Below, piece by piece: positions 34,414-47,018 of a stretch of DNA of 64,000 nt. The position numbers and the translations under genes are program-made. Source of the stretch: Salisapilia sapeloensis CBS 127946. Its lineage: Eukaryota > Protista > Oomycota. Location: positions 60,398 through 124,397 of the forward strand of contig JAADVB010000022.1 of NCBI GenBank assembly GCA_023334545.1, given 5' to 3'. Below the pieces are notes generated by a model, which worked only from the letters and a program-made list of their open reading frames with translations, was not told the DNA's origin and did no database searches. Numbering within the stretch: position 1 is the stretch's first letter; each line of letters starts with the position of its first letter.

Positions 34414-37400
34414 TTGATGCAGCTAGGCTCCACGGTTACAATGTACCAGCCACAGGACGAAAAGGAGACCGATCCAGGTCGAGTCCGAGCGCCACCGTCG
34501 ATCGCATCCAGTCCATCGGCGGCGGAAGAGGCCTATGAAATGGTCCAGAAGCAGCATCCACCAGGAGCTCGGTCCATATCCCAGACAAAGCAGCTCCAGC
34601 GTCTCCAGAAACATCGACAAAAGTCTGGGAAAAATGCACAGGCGAGCGGATCCGCAAGTCCGTTTGTCCTGATGCTCGTTTTATTCTGTGGACTCGTGAT
34701 TTTGCTCTCCATCATTGCGCTCTTTGTCTTAGCTCCACTTTTCTGTGCCTCTTGGCTCGGTATCCTCTACGTCGTCTGGCTTTTTATCTCCACAGAAGCA
34801 AACTGGCGATGGCATGACGCTCAAGAGTTTGAAAACCGGTTTTGGACCATGATGGCGTTTTTATTTAGTACGGCCGTACTGTACATCAAAGACTCGCCAC
34901 TGGCCATTGGTCAGTGGAACCCTTCCGTCGGCATTCTACTCGTTTTTGCATTCACACTCGGCGTCCACATCTTTGACCGAGTCACCCATCGCCGTGAGAT
35001 CAGTAGGAAGCCTAGACTACACAAGACGACGTCTCATCAGTCAGAACTGTATAAATTCAAAGCAACAGCAGAGGAGAAGACTGGTCTCGTGACGGAATGT
35101 GTCGAGAGTATCGACCGGATCTACCTCCCGTCTACTTTTAATAACATGTTCAACCTCCGAGCAGTCATACGTCAGGAGCAAAAGATCTATCGGCTTCTCG
35201 CCGGTGCTTCTCGAGACGAACTGAACTACGTTTTGAATCACATTAAGCTCGCTCTTCTCTTTTACAAAGTCAAGGACCACTCGAGGCTCCCAGAAGACCA
35301 GAAGCGATCACTCATCCTAGACTTGTTGTGTAATAAGCGCTTGCCAGACCTGACCGTCACATCCCGAGCGATCGTACTGGACGCTCTCATGATCATGAAG
35401 CTCAGTGCACATCCAATGGGAGAGAAGTGGGTGCGCAATATCTTACTCCGGACGAGTGGAGACGACTTGAGTCGCCTCAAAGCCTTGACGGATGCCAAAG
35501 GCGACTTCCACAGTCTCCACAAACTCGTCTTCTTCGATCTGAGAGACACGGCGATTCGAAAGGAGGTGCTGACGCATATTAAACGAGAAGCAGACGTTCA
35601 GACTGCTCATGTCCGACTAGGGACTCGCGTCGGGATGGAGAGGAAGCAACAGGCGTGGAGAAAGGTGCTGAGTGACGTTGATGATACGCTGTATTCGAGC
35701 GGAGGGAGGTACCCTGCCGGTATCGACACTAGATATCCTCACCATACGCTCTATCCCGGCGTCTTGGCGTTTTACAGGGAACTCGACATGGGCACAGCTG
35801 GTCCGGACGACTGGACGGACGATCGGGTAGGCAATCTCGTCTTCGTATCCGCTCGTCCACATGTGTACAAGGACGTTTTTGAGAAAAAATCGTATCAAAA
35901 ATTTGCTGCTTTGTACGAGTTGGAGGGCATGCACACTCTTCCGACGCTTCTAGCCGGGAGTCTCAAGTCCGGTAGTGCGTTCATGGTCCAAGGCGACTTG
36001 GAACCGATGGCACAGAAGAAGGCAGAGAACTTTGGCGAGTACTGTCAGTTGTATCCTGAATTCACACACGTCTTTATCGGTGACAATGGGCAAGGCGACG
36101 TTCGTGCAGCGGAACTCATTTACGAAGAGTTTGGACCAAACGTCTTGGAAGCTGGGTTCTTCCATCTCGTCCAGCCATTAGAAAAAACCTTTGGGTATCA
36201 TGGAAAAGAAGACTTGGACAAGTGGGAGAAGATGAACATCTTTTTCTTCCATACGTATGTCGGTGGAGCGCTCAAGGCGTGTCAGATGGGCAAGCTGCGT
36301 GTTCGAGGGTTGCATAAGATCATGCTCGAGTCTGCGAGAGGCTTCATCGCCATCTCGACGTGGCAGACACCGGAGGATCGAGAGAAACAACGTCAGCTTT
36401 TAAATGCGGATCTCATCCAAGCCAACGAAGAGATCCAGAAGCATGACATTGCACCCGTGGCGTTGCTAGACAAGCCTCAGAAGTTTGCGAATGGGTCAGA
36501 CGTGAGCACGCCGTTCGGACGAGGGATGGTGAAGAAGTATCGAGGTCTAGATGGCATGTACACGCTAGAGCTTTTGGACTGGACAGGTCTCCGGAAGAAA
36601 AAGCGAGTGAAGGCGTACTTTACTGAAGAACACTTGACGCCGTTCGTTGCAGGAGAGAGCGCGTCGTTTCCGAATGCACGCTTGTCTTATGTCCGCTTCC
36701 ATCGTCCGCCACTGACGTTTATCTTGGCGGCGAACACGAAGGTGAAGACTCCGTTTGGAGAAGGCCGAGTACGCGACTTTCGTCAGTACGACGAAGTGTA
36801 CGTCGTCAAAATGCCGTCTGGATGCACTGCATACGTCAATTTCGACGCAGTTGTGCCTGTGCAGCCGATCCCAGCGTCAGAAGCGCCTCGGATGTTTGCC
36901 GGCGTGCGCTCGAGTCTCGGGTACTTGACCAAGAAGCTTGGCTCCTTCGTCCCTGGCTCATCTTCCGATAAGCCTATGCACTCTGTCGGCACGACAGTCG
37001 AGACACCGTTCGGTCGAGGCATCGTCATCCACTTTCGACCTCTGGATCGCATCTACCAAGTGCAGCTATTAAAGTCAAGTGCAGATAGTCCTTGCGTCGC
37101 GTACATTGTCGAGGCTCATGTAAAGGAAGCTGCTGTCTCTTCACCTTCGAGAGGACTCTTGTCTATGCTTGGACTAGGCGGATCGTCGAGACCAGTGACA
37201 CCCAAACCGGAAGTGCAGGTGCAGACAGAAGTGTCGACTCCGTACGGCAGAGGGATCGTCCTTCGGTATCGACCGAGAGATCGTGTCTATGAAGTTAAAC
37301 TCTTATCCTGGACCTTGTCGGAAGGCTCGCAAGTACGCTGCTACCTCACGAGAGATGCCGTGGAAGAGGTGCTTCCGCCTCCACTAGACTTGGAAGAACT

Positions 37401-38259
37401 CGAGAGCGCAGAGACGAAGCCAACGACTGCTCCTCCTAGTGGAGGGTTACTCCAGCTACTTCGATACGGGTTCAAGGGATCTAGCGTCGCGCCTTCCAAG
37501 AAGGTCATGACTCCGTTCGGTCTAGGCAGCACCATCGAGACAGCCACGACAGGGAATTACGTCGAAGTGGAGTTGGATGAAGGCAATCTAGACGGCGTCA
37601 AGGCGTATATCCAGACGAGGGAACTAGCTGTCCCGACGACGAGGTCCCGATCGAATACATTTGAACTACTTGGTAACCCGCTGCAGTATCTCCGATGGAA
37701 ATCCCAATCATCTGCGATCTCTGGAGCGTTTGAACCGAGTATCAAGCCATGGTTTGCTGTTCACTCGCTTGTCATGACTCCGTTTGGAGAAGGTCTCGTC
37801 CTCGACTTTCGCACATGTGACCAAATGTACACAGTGTATCTAGACAAGATGCAGGCGAAAGGATACTTTATGGAGAAGAGTCTGGACTGTACTGTGCGAG
37901 GTGTCATCGGGTACCCAGTCGATACGGTTATTGGATCTGGATGTCTAAAGGAAGTGCGGAAGACCGACGGTGTTCACGTTGTCACATACAGGAACTCGAG
38001 TGTGACGCAGTTTGAGGTCAAAGCCTACTTGCAGCCGACTGCCGTTAGAGGCAAATTGACGGCTGCGTGTGGAGATGTCGTAAGGACACCGTTTGGACTA
38101 GGCGTCGTGGTCAAGTTCGTGTCGGAGAAGAGGGTTTACCAAGTCGCATTGCAGTGGGACCAGGCACGGAGAAGCCACTTGCTGGCGTATGTGCAGGAGA
38201 AGGATGTGCAAGTGTCTGGACCGGTGGAGAAGCATCCAGTGAGCTGCCTCGTCATGTAA
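34414..38259 (+). CDS. 1281-aa membrane protein: TM segments, APP1-like HAD phosphatase, KOW/SH3-like repeats, CaaX
   Basis: Intronless ORF; VLSDVDDTLYSSGG, FVSARP, FIGDNGQGD; seven TP[FY]GxG repeats; ends SCLVM*. Confidence 0.85.
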   Translation: MMQLGSTVTMYQPQDEKETDPGRVRAPPSIASSPSAAEEAYEMVQKQHPPGARSISQTKQLQRLQKHRQKSGKNAQASGSASPFVLMLVLFCGLVILLSIIALFVLAPLFCASWLGILYVVWLFISTEANWRWHDAQEFENRFWTMMAFLFSTAVLYIKDSPLAIGQWNPSVGILLVFAFTLGVHIFDRVTHRREISRKPRLHKTTSHQSELYKFKATAEEKTGLVTECVESIDRIYLPSTFNNMFNLRAVIRQEQKIYRLLAGASRDELNYVLNHIKLALLFYKVKDHSRLPEDQKRSLILDLLCNKRLPDLTVTSRAIVLDALMIMKLSAHPMGEKWVRNILLRTSGDDLSRLKALTDAKGDFHSLHKLVFFDLRDTAIRKEVLTHIKREADVQTAHVRLGTRVGMERKQQAWRKVLSDVDDTLYSSGGRYPAGIDTRYPHHTLYPGVLAFYRELDMGTAGPDDWTDDRVGNLVFVSARPHVYKDVFEKKSYQKFAALYELEGMHTLPTLLAGSLKSGSAFMVQGDLEPMAQKKAENFGEYCQLYPEFTHVFIGDNGQGDVRAAELIYEEFGPNVLEAGFFHLVQPLEKTFGYHGKEDLDKWEKMNIFFFHTYVGGALKACQMGKLRVRGLHKIMLESARGFIAISTWQTPEDREKQRQLLNADLIQANEEIQKHDIAPVALLDKPQKFANGSDVSTPFGRGMVKKYRGLDGMYTLELLDWTGLRKKKRVKAYFTEEHLTPFVAGESASFPNARLSYVRFHRPPLTFILAANTKVKTPFGEGRVRDFRQYDEVYVVKMPSGCTAYVNFDAVVPVQPIPASEAPRMFAGVRSSLGYLTKKLGSFVPGSSSDKPMHSVGTTVETPFGRGIVIHFRPLDRIYQVQLLKSSADSPCVAYIVEAHVKEAAVSSPSRGLLSMLGLGGSSRPVTPKPEVQVQTEVSTPYGRGIVLRYRPRDRVYEVKLLSWTLSEGSQVRCYLTRDAVEEVLPPPLDLEELESAETKPTTAPPSGGLLQLLRYGFKGSSVAPSKKVMTPFGLGSTIETATTGNYVEVELDEGNLDGVKAYIQTRELAVPTTRSRSNTFELLGNPLQYLRWKSQSSAISGAFEPSIKPWFAVHSLVMTPFGEGLVLDFRTCDQMYTVYLDKMQAKGYFMEKSLDCTVRGVIGYPVDTVIGSGCLKEVRKTDGVHVVTYRNSSVTQFEVKAYLQPTAVRGKLTAACGDVVRTPFGLGVVVKFVSEKRVYQVALQWDQARRSHLLAYVQEKDVQVSGPVEKHPVSCLVM

Positions 38260-38286
38260 ATACGTTGGGACGTCTTTCAATTGCGT

Positions 38287-39907
38287 TTAACAAAAGAAAT
38301 CAAATTTTATCTCCAAAACCTTTTTCGTGTTTATAGCTTGGCGGTCGTAAAGGTGTGGGGGTCGTGGTGCTTCAGACGATAGCCGTTCGCAAAGTCTAGT
38401 GCTTCTCCCACGCGTTTGTCTGCTTGCTGTAGTTTGGTTACAAGCAGCCACGAGTTGTCTCCGCACTTGAGCCATAGCGCTTTGAGTGGTTTGTCATAGA
38501 AGAACGTGCCAGGCGAAATTTGGTGGTTGGCTTCCGCCTTGAGGACTATTTATATGGTGAGGATATGGAGAGTAGATGTAGAGGGATCTGTGGTACCGGA
38601 GTCGAGTTCCGTCTCGGTTGGCAATCGAATATCGATTAGCTTTACAATACGATCTTGGTAGGATACGACAACTCCGACGTTGTCTCCTAGCGCTTGCCAT
38701 TTCTGTCCTGTGGGTTAGATGTGGCTTTTCATATTGAGATGGAAAATGTACTTTAAAGATGGAAGCTGCTGGGTCGTCTAGATCTAGGACACCTTGCTCC
38801 GAATTGACTTTTGGTGCTTTCGTGGCAAGAGCATCGTCTTGAGACATTGCATTCTCTTTGTACTGGTGCAAGTTTTCCAGCGTTTCAATGACGCAGTCTC
38901 CTCCGATGCTAGCCAATTGCTGCGATAGTCTATATGAAAGACATGAGCTTTGTCCTACAGATGGCTAAAGAGTATAAGCGTACGGAAGCAGCTGGATGTG
39001 AGGTGGTACTGGAACGTGCTTCTGAAGTAGGATGCGACCAACGTCAAACGCTTTCGGGTCGATCTCAATCACCGAGATACCAGTGGTCTCGTCCCCATTA
39101 AGGAGAGCGTGGTGGATGGGTGCAGGTCCACGATACTACCAAGACATGTGCATCAGCCTCAATATTATGCATCTATGCATTATCGTAATACCTTGGGAAG
39201 GAGAGATGGATGCATGTTGATCGCACCGTGGCGTAGATGGCGAAGGAGATGGGGATGCTACAATCCCGACATTAATATTGTTCATGAAATCTGCTAGCTT
39301 CAGGTACGCTTACCAGAAAGTATCCGAAGGAGACGACGACACCAACGTCAAATGGAGATGTGACAGGTAGCTCCCACTTCTTGAGCGATTTCCTACGACT
39401 GGTTGTGAATATGCTTTGTTACAGTACATGGACATGAATGAGGTATACAAGTTCGCAGGTACTTCGATGACAGGAATTCCATTGTCCAATGCAAACTGTT
39501 TGACTGGCACTGGTTGCTTCTTTTTCCGTCGACCAATCTTTCTGTCCGAAGGACAGACTACCTGAATTTCGTCCACGACGCTATTCGTGCCTGGGCTTAA
39601 CTGACTAGAGCATTTAAACGTTAGATGTCTTTCTACAGCATCCGTGACAGTTGCAACGTATGTAGGTATGCTTTGCAATGGCAATCTTTTCATGACACCA
39701 TCCCAATGAAGGCTTTAGTAGCTACTCATGGCCACAATGCATCAGTCAGCAAGAGTACCTGTTTTCATGGAGCTTGGAGAGTGTTGCAAGAGATACTTCA
39801 TCCGTTCCAAAGAACAGGACTCTGTACTCCCGCCTACAATCAGCAAAGGGTGATCTCGTTCGGACCACCCCATGCAGACGATGACCCAGACTACGCAGTC
39901 CGAACAT
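38287..39907 (-). CDS. MTFMT: Mitochondrial methionyl-tRNA formyltransferase, multi-exon
   Basis: RVLFFGTDEVS; HPSLL..YRGPAPIHHALLNGDETTGISVIEIDPKAFDVG; ATKAPKV. Confidence 0.92.
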
Positions 39908-40038
39908 GAGCTTTAGCTTGTGCGTGTCGTGTCTAGAGTATATTTACGATGTATGCTAAATCGAACGCAACCAAAACAATCTAGCTTCACGTCAAAAAGA
40001 GCAAGCTATATGTACCCCACATGTAAGTCTTTCGCAGC

Positions 40039-40749
40039 TCATGCCACTGCTTCCGTTCCGACAACAGCATTCTGATCGACGTTTCCATCCACCACCGTTC
40101 GTTGCAACTCTGCATGGTAACGCTTTGCATTCTGCACGCCCTTGAAGTGGAGCATGACATTCACAAGAACAAGGACGACAACGAAAATGATATAAGCAGA
40201 TCCGCCCAAGAGGTACCCATGGACACCGCTGTCACTATCGCTGCTGCTGCCAGAGTCGTTATTGTTTTCAGCCACGCCAAAGAGAGTCGAGGTCATAAAG
40301 AAGTTTAATGCCAATATGACCACATTGATAGCAATCATCAAGTAGTTTAGCCAGACGAACGCTCGAACCCACTTGGCTCGTAACGCGTCCACAGGTTGTC
40401 GACATCCGTGGTACCCGACAAATCCTGTGATGATGCCAGCAACGCCCGTCACGAACGGTTGGACAAAGATGATGGTCGAGCCATAGTAGATGAGCATGAC
40501 AATGGCGAGACTGCGACAGGGCAGGCGGTGCTCGAACACTGGTCCGGTGTTTACCACCATGAAAGCTGACGGGTACACCGGTGGTGGGTTTGGATTCGGG
40601 TACGTTGCATGGACAAAATAGGAGGGTTCCGTTGTCTGCTGGTTGATACGATTCGCCTGATAGATTGAGCCATCCACAGGATTACTGTTTCCGATGGGAG
40701 GGAGCACGCTAGGTTTCTCGGACTGGTTATTCGTGTCGTGGGAAGCCAT
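40039..40749 (-). CDS. Uncharacterized four-TM membrane protein with N-terminal PPxY
   Basis: Single-exon ORF, four hydrophobic segments, NPPPVYP motif. Confidence 0.75.
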   Translation of the reverse strand: MASHDTNNQSEKPSVLPPIGNSNPVDGSIYQANRINQQTTEPSYFVHATYPNPNPPPVYPSAFMVVNTGPVFEHRLPCRSLAIVMLIYYGSTIIFVQPFVTGVAGIITGFVGYHGCRQPVDALRAKWVRAFVWLNYLMIAINVVILALNFFMTSTLFGVAENNNDSGSSSDSDSGVHGYLLGGSAYIIFVVVLVLVNVMLHFKGVQNAKRYHAELQRTVVDGNVDQNAVVGTEAVA

Positions 40750-41171
40750 TTTAGGAAGTTGATGGCAAAGCAAATGGGTCGGAATGAGAGTTTGGGAAAG
40801 TTGCTTCGAGTGCTCGAAAGGTCGCGGTGGAGTAGGCGGATATTACAGACGCGTCCGACGTGCAAAGTTTCTAGATGGAAGCGACAGACTGGTCTCCAAC
40901 TTGGAAAAAATCGAATTGAGGAAAACCAGGTCGGAAAGCCAGTTGGTCACCCATCGCACCTGTTGAATGGCCTATCCATGCGTCCGTCTCGGAGTTTGTA
41001 GGAGACGAAGTGTAGCTGAGATAGCGTCTATTGTTGATGTGGCAGGTACCATCAACGTACCATCTAGAAAAGAAAAGATTTTACAGTGAACAGCAAAAGA
41101 AAAGAGAGTGATCTTGTATGCGAAAGGAAAAGAATCCTGTATTCTTTCTCTCTTTATGGTCTCCCCAGAGC

Positions 41172-42025
41172 CTAATCCTGGCGGAATTTGAGCTTCTTGG
41201 ATGATACACCTTCTTTCGTGACGATGTGAACCATACCACCCCATCCCGAAAGCGCATCTCGGTTGCATGCGCTCAGCAGGCATTGCGACAGCGTCTCGAA
41301 GAGGTCTTCCGGTTCCTATTTCTTATCGTAAGTAGTCTTCAAAGGGATTTTATCTGTGTGAGTGTACCATGTCTGGTCGGTACATGGATTCGCACATGCC
41401 GTACAGTGCTTCTTCCATCGTGCCTGCTACGACAAAGTCCTTCGTCTTCATCTCACAGCCGAGGACGTCCATGCTCGACAAGAAGGGTTTGTTGTCCGCA
41501 TCCAATGCGGCGACCACTGGCTCCACGAACCACGGACCGAAGCGACGTTCGTACATCATGCTCGAAAGCAGCGATGAAAATGTATTCGGCTTAATGTCAC
41601 GCTCTTCGTCCATCTTGTACATGTTTACCTTGTACTTGAGCCTAGTTTACAGATGCATAAGAATTTGATATGCGAGACAAGAGCTGCAATGGAGAAAGGT
41701 ACGTTTGAGAAACTGTCTGGACGTCCGTGGCGAGACCAGCGAGACCGAGGAAGATCTTGTCGTTAACGCGGAAGACCTTTTGGAAGTCCAAAGCGACCGT
41801 CTGCTGCTGCAGTCCCAGTCGCGAGTCGCTATGTCATACTCCATTTAGATGAAATACATTGAAAAATCGAGAAGATCGTACCAAGCGATGCCGACGCAGT
41901 CTTTACCGGCCATGGCGATAATAGCGCCCCCGTTATACGACATAATACTCTACGCACATGACATGAATAAATTAGCCCCAGGGATGTAAATAAAACCCTG
42001 CATCAGCAGAGCCAAAGCGTACCAT
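41172..42025 (-). CDS. PSMB3: 20S proteasome subunit beta-3, multi-exon
   Basis: ATG|intron; SIMSYNGGAIIAMAGKDCVGIA; YERRFGPWFVEPVVA; ACNRDALSGWGGMVH..KLKFRQD*. Confidence 0.96.
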
Positions 42026-42269
42026 CTTGACTTCTCGTTCTCCGTTGCTTTCTGTTTGCTTGTTCCGATTGAGATCCAAAGAAAACGGCTACTTTCTGAA
42101 TCTATTTAGATCATATATTTATATTACACTTTTTAAACAGCTATGTTTGATTTTAAAAAATTAAAAAGGCTATTTTTATAGAATGAAAGACAATTCGGAT
42201 GAATATCGTGTAGTTTAGGTGGTAAGAAAGGAAAACGCCCTGACTACTTTCCGACATTCAGTGTAAATC

Positions 42270-44820
42270 ATGAGTGCGATAGCTCCTCCGCCACCTCCGT
42301 ACATGCTAAATGAGCGACCGACACCTGCTCATGGTGGGTCTGGCGCACCATCTTTTCGACAGGTACTCTTATCTTGTTTCCTTCTTTCTCGAGTATCACT
42401 GCATTACCTTTTCCGCACACTTTGTACAGGTTCCATTTGTCCGCGTTGCCGAACGAGTTGCAAGTGGTGTGAAAGCTCGACAGCAGTTGCGCAAGTACTT
42501 GAAGGCAGCTTCAGCCACACAGCATTTGGTTGCTCAGATGCATTTGACGGATGCAAGTATCCCCGCAGCGCAATCGCAGGAGATTCAACAGAGTTGTTTT
42601 GCTGATTTCTTTACGAAGCTGAACAAGTATAACCAAATTGTTGGGAAGAAGCATGTTGAGGCTGGACGTGCTTTCCTCGAGATGAGTAGACCGCTTGAGA
42701 AAGCTAAAAAGACGCAAAAATGGGGGCGAGATAGCTATAATCTAGTTCAGAAATGCGTACAGGATGTCATTAACGCCGAGAAGAGGATGGAGAAGGCTCG
42801 GCATCGTCGAAATGCTGCTCATCGAGACTATACGCACTGGAATCGTGTGCTCCATGCAAATGAAGCGACATTTAACATCTCACCGAACCATCCGGACGTG
42901 ACGAGAGCTTATCAAAGTGCTCAGGATAAGTTCGCTGCGGCATCTCAAGAGCAGACAAATGCAGATGCGGACTTTGCAGATGCATCACAGGCCTTGTATT
43001 ATGCTTTAAAGCGCCGAGATGATGTCGCTGCAGAAAGCACCGAACTGTCTCAAAGCGTAGAGGAAGATCGACTAGATGCAATGCTCATTGTTGCTCGGAA
43101 CTTCGTCGAAACGAAAGTGGCGATTTTACAGGAAGAAATTGCTGCACTAGGGGATTTACAGCGACTTATTGAAGGCATGGATCGCGACTCGGTCGTGCAG
43201 CAGTATGTATTGGATTCTTTACAGCCGGATGCTACGCATAAACACAGTCGAGCTCTTGCGATACTACAGGAACATCGATATCGCATGAATAAAGAGGAAA
43301 AAGATGACGGCATGATGCTTAGTGACGGTGATCTTTCCAAACTCAAGCACGCTGGTCTCGGTGGAAACGACCTGAACGTCATTAGAGACTTTATCGGCAG
43401 CTGCTTTGATGCGCCAGCTCCGGAACTAGTAGGCAATGGAGGTGGTCATCGCAATCGCTTCTACCAGGACACAAATGCAGCGTTAAAGTTGTATCGCCAA
43501 CCTGTGGTCCGATCGGCAGTTGTCGGACTGCTAAACCACCAACGTACTTGCAGTCAAGTCGTGTCGTCCCAAGGCTTTGACCAGCTTGCAGCGGCTTTAT
43601 GGCTGCTCTTGGACGCTTGTTACGAAGCGTCTGACTTTCGAACAGCTCGATCGGTGTTGAACATGGCACAGACGTTTTTCTGTCAGACGAAGAAGAAGGA
43701 GTATTTAGTAAGTGTTCTGTCCGCTCACCCGATGTGGAGTTCTCAGGAAATATGGACACTATCTCTTCGTGAAAGTGTGTTTGACGAGTTGGAAAAAGAT
43801 CCGTCGAACCAGTCGAGTGCCTGGTACGCTCTATCCGGTAGTGAACGTATGCAAAAGGTTGTGCAAGTGCATCAGATCGTACAGGCTCAAATCGCAGCGA
43901 TGGTCCAGAACTTGGCTGCCGTCAAGTTCACACCAGCTCAAGTACAACAATATGTCCAAAATGCTTGTTTCGCATATGAATTAGGGGAAGATCAGCGCAT
44001 GGCACTGCTCACGAGTGTCCAGTCACTACTAAGCGATGGACGGACGATGTCTGCTAGAAAGCTTGTGAAGAAGTGGAAACCCGCGGAAGGCGTCAAGGAA
44101 GAAGGTGGACCGGTCCAATTCACGACGTTCCCAGTGCCTGAATTCGACGCTGAGAAGGACAGTAGAGATGAAGACGCGTCTGTTCCTCGTATGAATCGTG
44201 AAAGCAGCGGCATCACCAAGTTCATGGTCGGATCTCGAGATCCGTTCGCGTCGTCTCGATCGACCTCGGCGTCCTTTGCACCTAGTGATGCAAGAGAGCT
44301 AGAGTCCGAATCCTCTGACGATGATGCCGGGTGGGAGGATCTCTTTGGTGTCACGAGTAAACCTTCCACGAAGAAACGGGAGACGACGTTGCTGAAAGCG
44401 CATTCGACAGCGAATCTGCCAGTCCCCGATACCAGCCGGAAGGCACCAGCTAGTTTCTCTTCGCATCACGAACCGAAAAGCATCGAAGACGTCTCTGCAA
44501 GACGTAAGCGGGATAAGAAAACAAGGAGTAAAGCCAAGTCGACGACGCAGCTAACGATGAGTCAGTTGGAGCTACCGGAACCCACGCCGTTCGAACAGTT
44601 GGAGACGGAGCAATCTAATCGACGAAGGGAGCGTCCGAAATCTAGAAAAGGATCGGGTACGGATCAAATATTATCAATGGCAGCTCAGATGAAGCATCGA
44701 AGGGAGCAGCATAGTAGTGGAGATATTTCGTATGGAGAGAGAGTGGAGGAAGCAAAGGAGAATGTGGAACCTGCCGTGTCTGGTGTCGCAGCCTTGCGTG
44801 CGAGGTTTGAGAAGAAATGA
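42270..44820 (+). CDS. F-BAR-like coiled coil + SBF1/SBF2-like domain protein
   Basis: 5' exon MSAIAPPPPPY with intron from about 42362; helical F-BAR-like region; DFRTARSVLNMAQTFF..LSAHPMWSSQEIW; disordered tail. Confidence 0.7.
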
Positions 44821-44843
44821 GTAAAGAGGTTTTTTGTATTCGA

Positions 44844-45444
44844 TTAGTGGACGCTTCTGCGTTTCGGTTTGCCCATGTAGTCGTCTGGTAGGAGGAAGGA
44901 TGAGGGTGCGTTTGCACTAGTCTCGACAGACAGCGTGCCGCAGACTGGCATGACGTCCCATTCGAGACGCAGAGAGACGTTGGCGCTGCGTAGTTGGTTG
45001 GTTTCATCTGCTAGAACGTACTTGATCGGCTGGTTGGAGTAGGAGATGGAGCTCGCTTTTTCTGGGGATTGGATGATCTTATCCCACAGGACGACGCGAT
45101 TGAGGTCGTTTAACTCACTCGAGTACTCGGCGACAACATACACAAAGAGCTGTTTGACATTCCAATTGAATACAGAGCTCAGATCTAGTACGAGCGTTAT
45201 ATAACTGATAATAGATAGAAGTGGGAGGTGTAAGTGTACCTGCATCGATGTCAAAGGTGAGTGTGGCGCGGTCGATGCCGTCGCGATAGTTACGAAGCGA
45301 TTCCATCTTGTTTAGTTCGAGTGTTTTAAGAACTGGAGAAGACTCGTGCGTGAATGTGGACACGGCCATGAGGCCAGCCATGATGGCGATGGCCGTGAGA
45401 GAAGAAAAGAAGAGCGCATTCGCTCGAGACCAAAACGAATGCAT
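44844..45444 (-). CDS. SPCS3: Signal peptidase complex subunit 3 (SPC22/23)
   Basis: MHSFWSRANALF; one intron; DLSSVFNWNVKQLFVYVVAEY..NRVVLWDKII. Confidence 0.95.
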
Positions 45445-46078
45445 CGATCCTACCCTTTTTCGCTTTGTTGTCCAATTTTCATGTCATGGGATTTTCAGTC
45501 AATCAGAGAATTTTATTTGGATTTTTGCCAATAAGAAGCATGCTGCAGGTATAAAGTATTCTGTATGATCAAGAAGATTACAGCGTTTGTTTCCACCACG
45601 CTTGTTTGCCCAAATGGAGATGGCCTGACATTTGGCTTATGAAAAAGTTTTATGACTTTTGTTCATAAGATAGGTCGTTGGCTTCAAGCGCTAAAGGTTT
45701 CGAGTACATTCACTCTAGCAGAATCTATGAAATGTACATATGGCCCAAGTCATGCATAAAGTGGGGCTGATCATGGAGCAAATAGAGAAATTTCGGCATA
45801 CTTACATATAGTTTTTAGAGATGTCTATAAACTGATCGAATGTGCGGAATGCCATTTGGACTTAAGTGGCTACTTGTGTCAATTGAAGACTGGAGTAATT
45901 GATATGTGGAAGCATGCACAAGCTCACATTAGTGAGATGCTGAGAGTATGCACAACACATGAAGAGCGAGTTCATAGAGTGTCGACCATGCTAAAATCTA
46001 GCTCCAAACAGCTTAAGTGCTTCGGAATGTACTTCAGTACCAAAGTGGGAATGTCAACAGTAAAAGTTCGAAAAAATA

Positions 46079-46149
46079 TGCGCCGCCGGGGAATTGAACC
46101 CCGACCTCGTCCTTGGGAGGGACGAATCCTACCATTAGACCAACGGCGC
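46079..46149 (-). tRNA. tRNA-Gly (anticodon CCC)
   Basis: 71 nt; acceptor GCGCCGT/GCGGCGC+A; anticodon arm CGTCC-CTCCCAA-GGACG; T arm CGGGG-TTCAATT-CCCCG; T6 terminator 3' of the gene. Confidence 0.95.
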
Positions 46150-47018
46150 ATTAATTGCATCGAAGAATTTTGCAAGTTTATAAAAAGAACGTTATGGGAT
46201 TATATAAGCTTATTTTGACGGTGAAATCGAGTTAGCTGAGCACGAGATGGACTACAAAGTTAATGAAAAAACCATCAAATAGATATGAGCGTATTAAGTC
46301 TTCATCAATTTCCATATCAACAATTCTTCGTCCAGGATTTCCATCAGTTGTTTGGGGTTCTACTCAAACAAAAGTTACTGCGTCGATGCCTCCTGCGCTT
46401 CAGCAAAATGTCGATATAAAATTCTCGTATACAATAGGATGTACTCCTTTGGGTAAGTTAGTCTAGATATGGTACTTGATGAACTTGGTGTGAAAAAATT
46501 CAACTTAGCGAATAATTTTGTATCGATGCGCGAACCAGATACTCAACTGTGTCGACATCAATCTTTGTTTTTTAAACGATCACCGAGGGCATTATTTGAT
46601 CTAAAGCATACCGTCACTTATCATGGGTCATATTATAACCTTTTTATGTGGCTTGCGAAAAGCATTGTCCCTTTCACGTTACGCGCCAAAGCTAACTCAA
46701 TGGCAAGCGCTCCTGTTGGTAATCGAGCGCGCGCATTTGCTGAGATTATAAGTGATCAGCATCCAACACTTTGAAAACAGAGACTTACGGTTGAGCCCAC
46801 CGGAAGTGGGCTCCGAGGTTAGACGTATTATAACTAACTGTTAATATACCTCCGCCTTTGCAATAACAACAAGAAAGCAGACTTCCATAGGTAGCTGTTT
46901 GTTCATTACGAATGCAAGAATCTCAATTGGAAAAGCATAAGATCAACTTTGTAAACCTGAACGTATAATATGGTATTCAGCAAGTTCGATATCAGTTATC
47001 GATTCCAAAATAAAAATG

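Noticed and set aside
45856-46218. 120-aa ORF crossing the tRNA-Gly(CCC)
   Set aside because: TTG start, runs antisense through the tRNA and has no recognisable domain.
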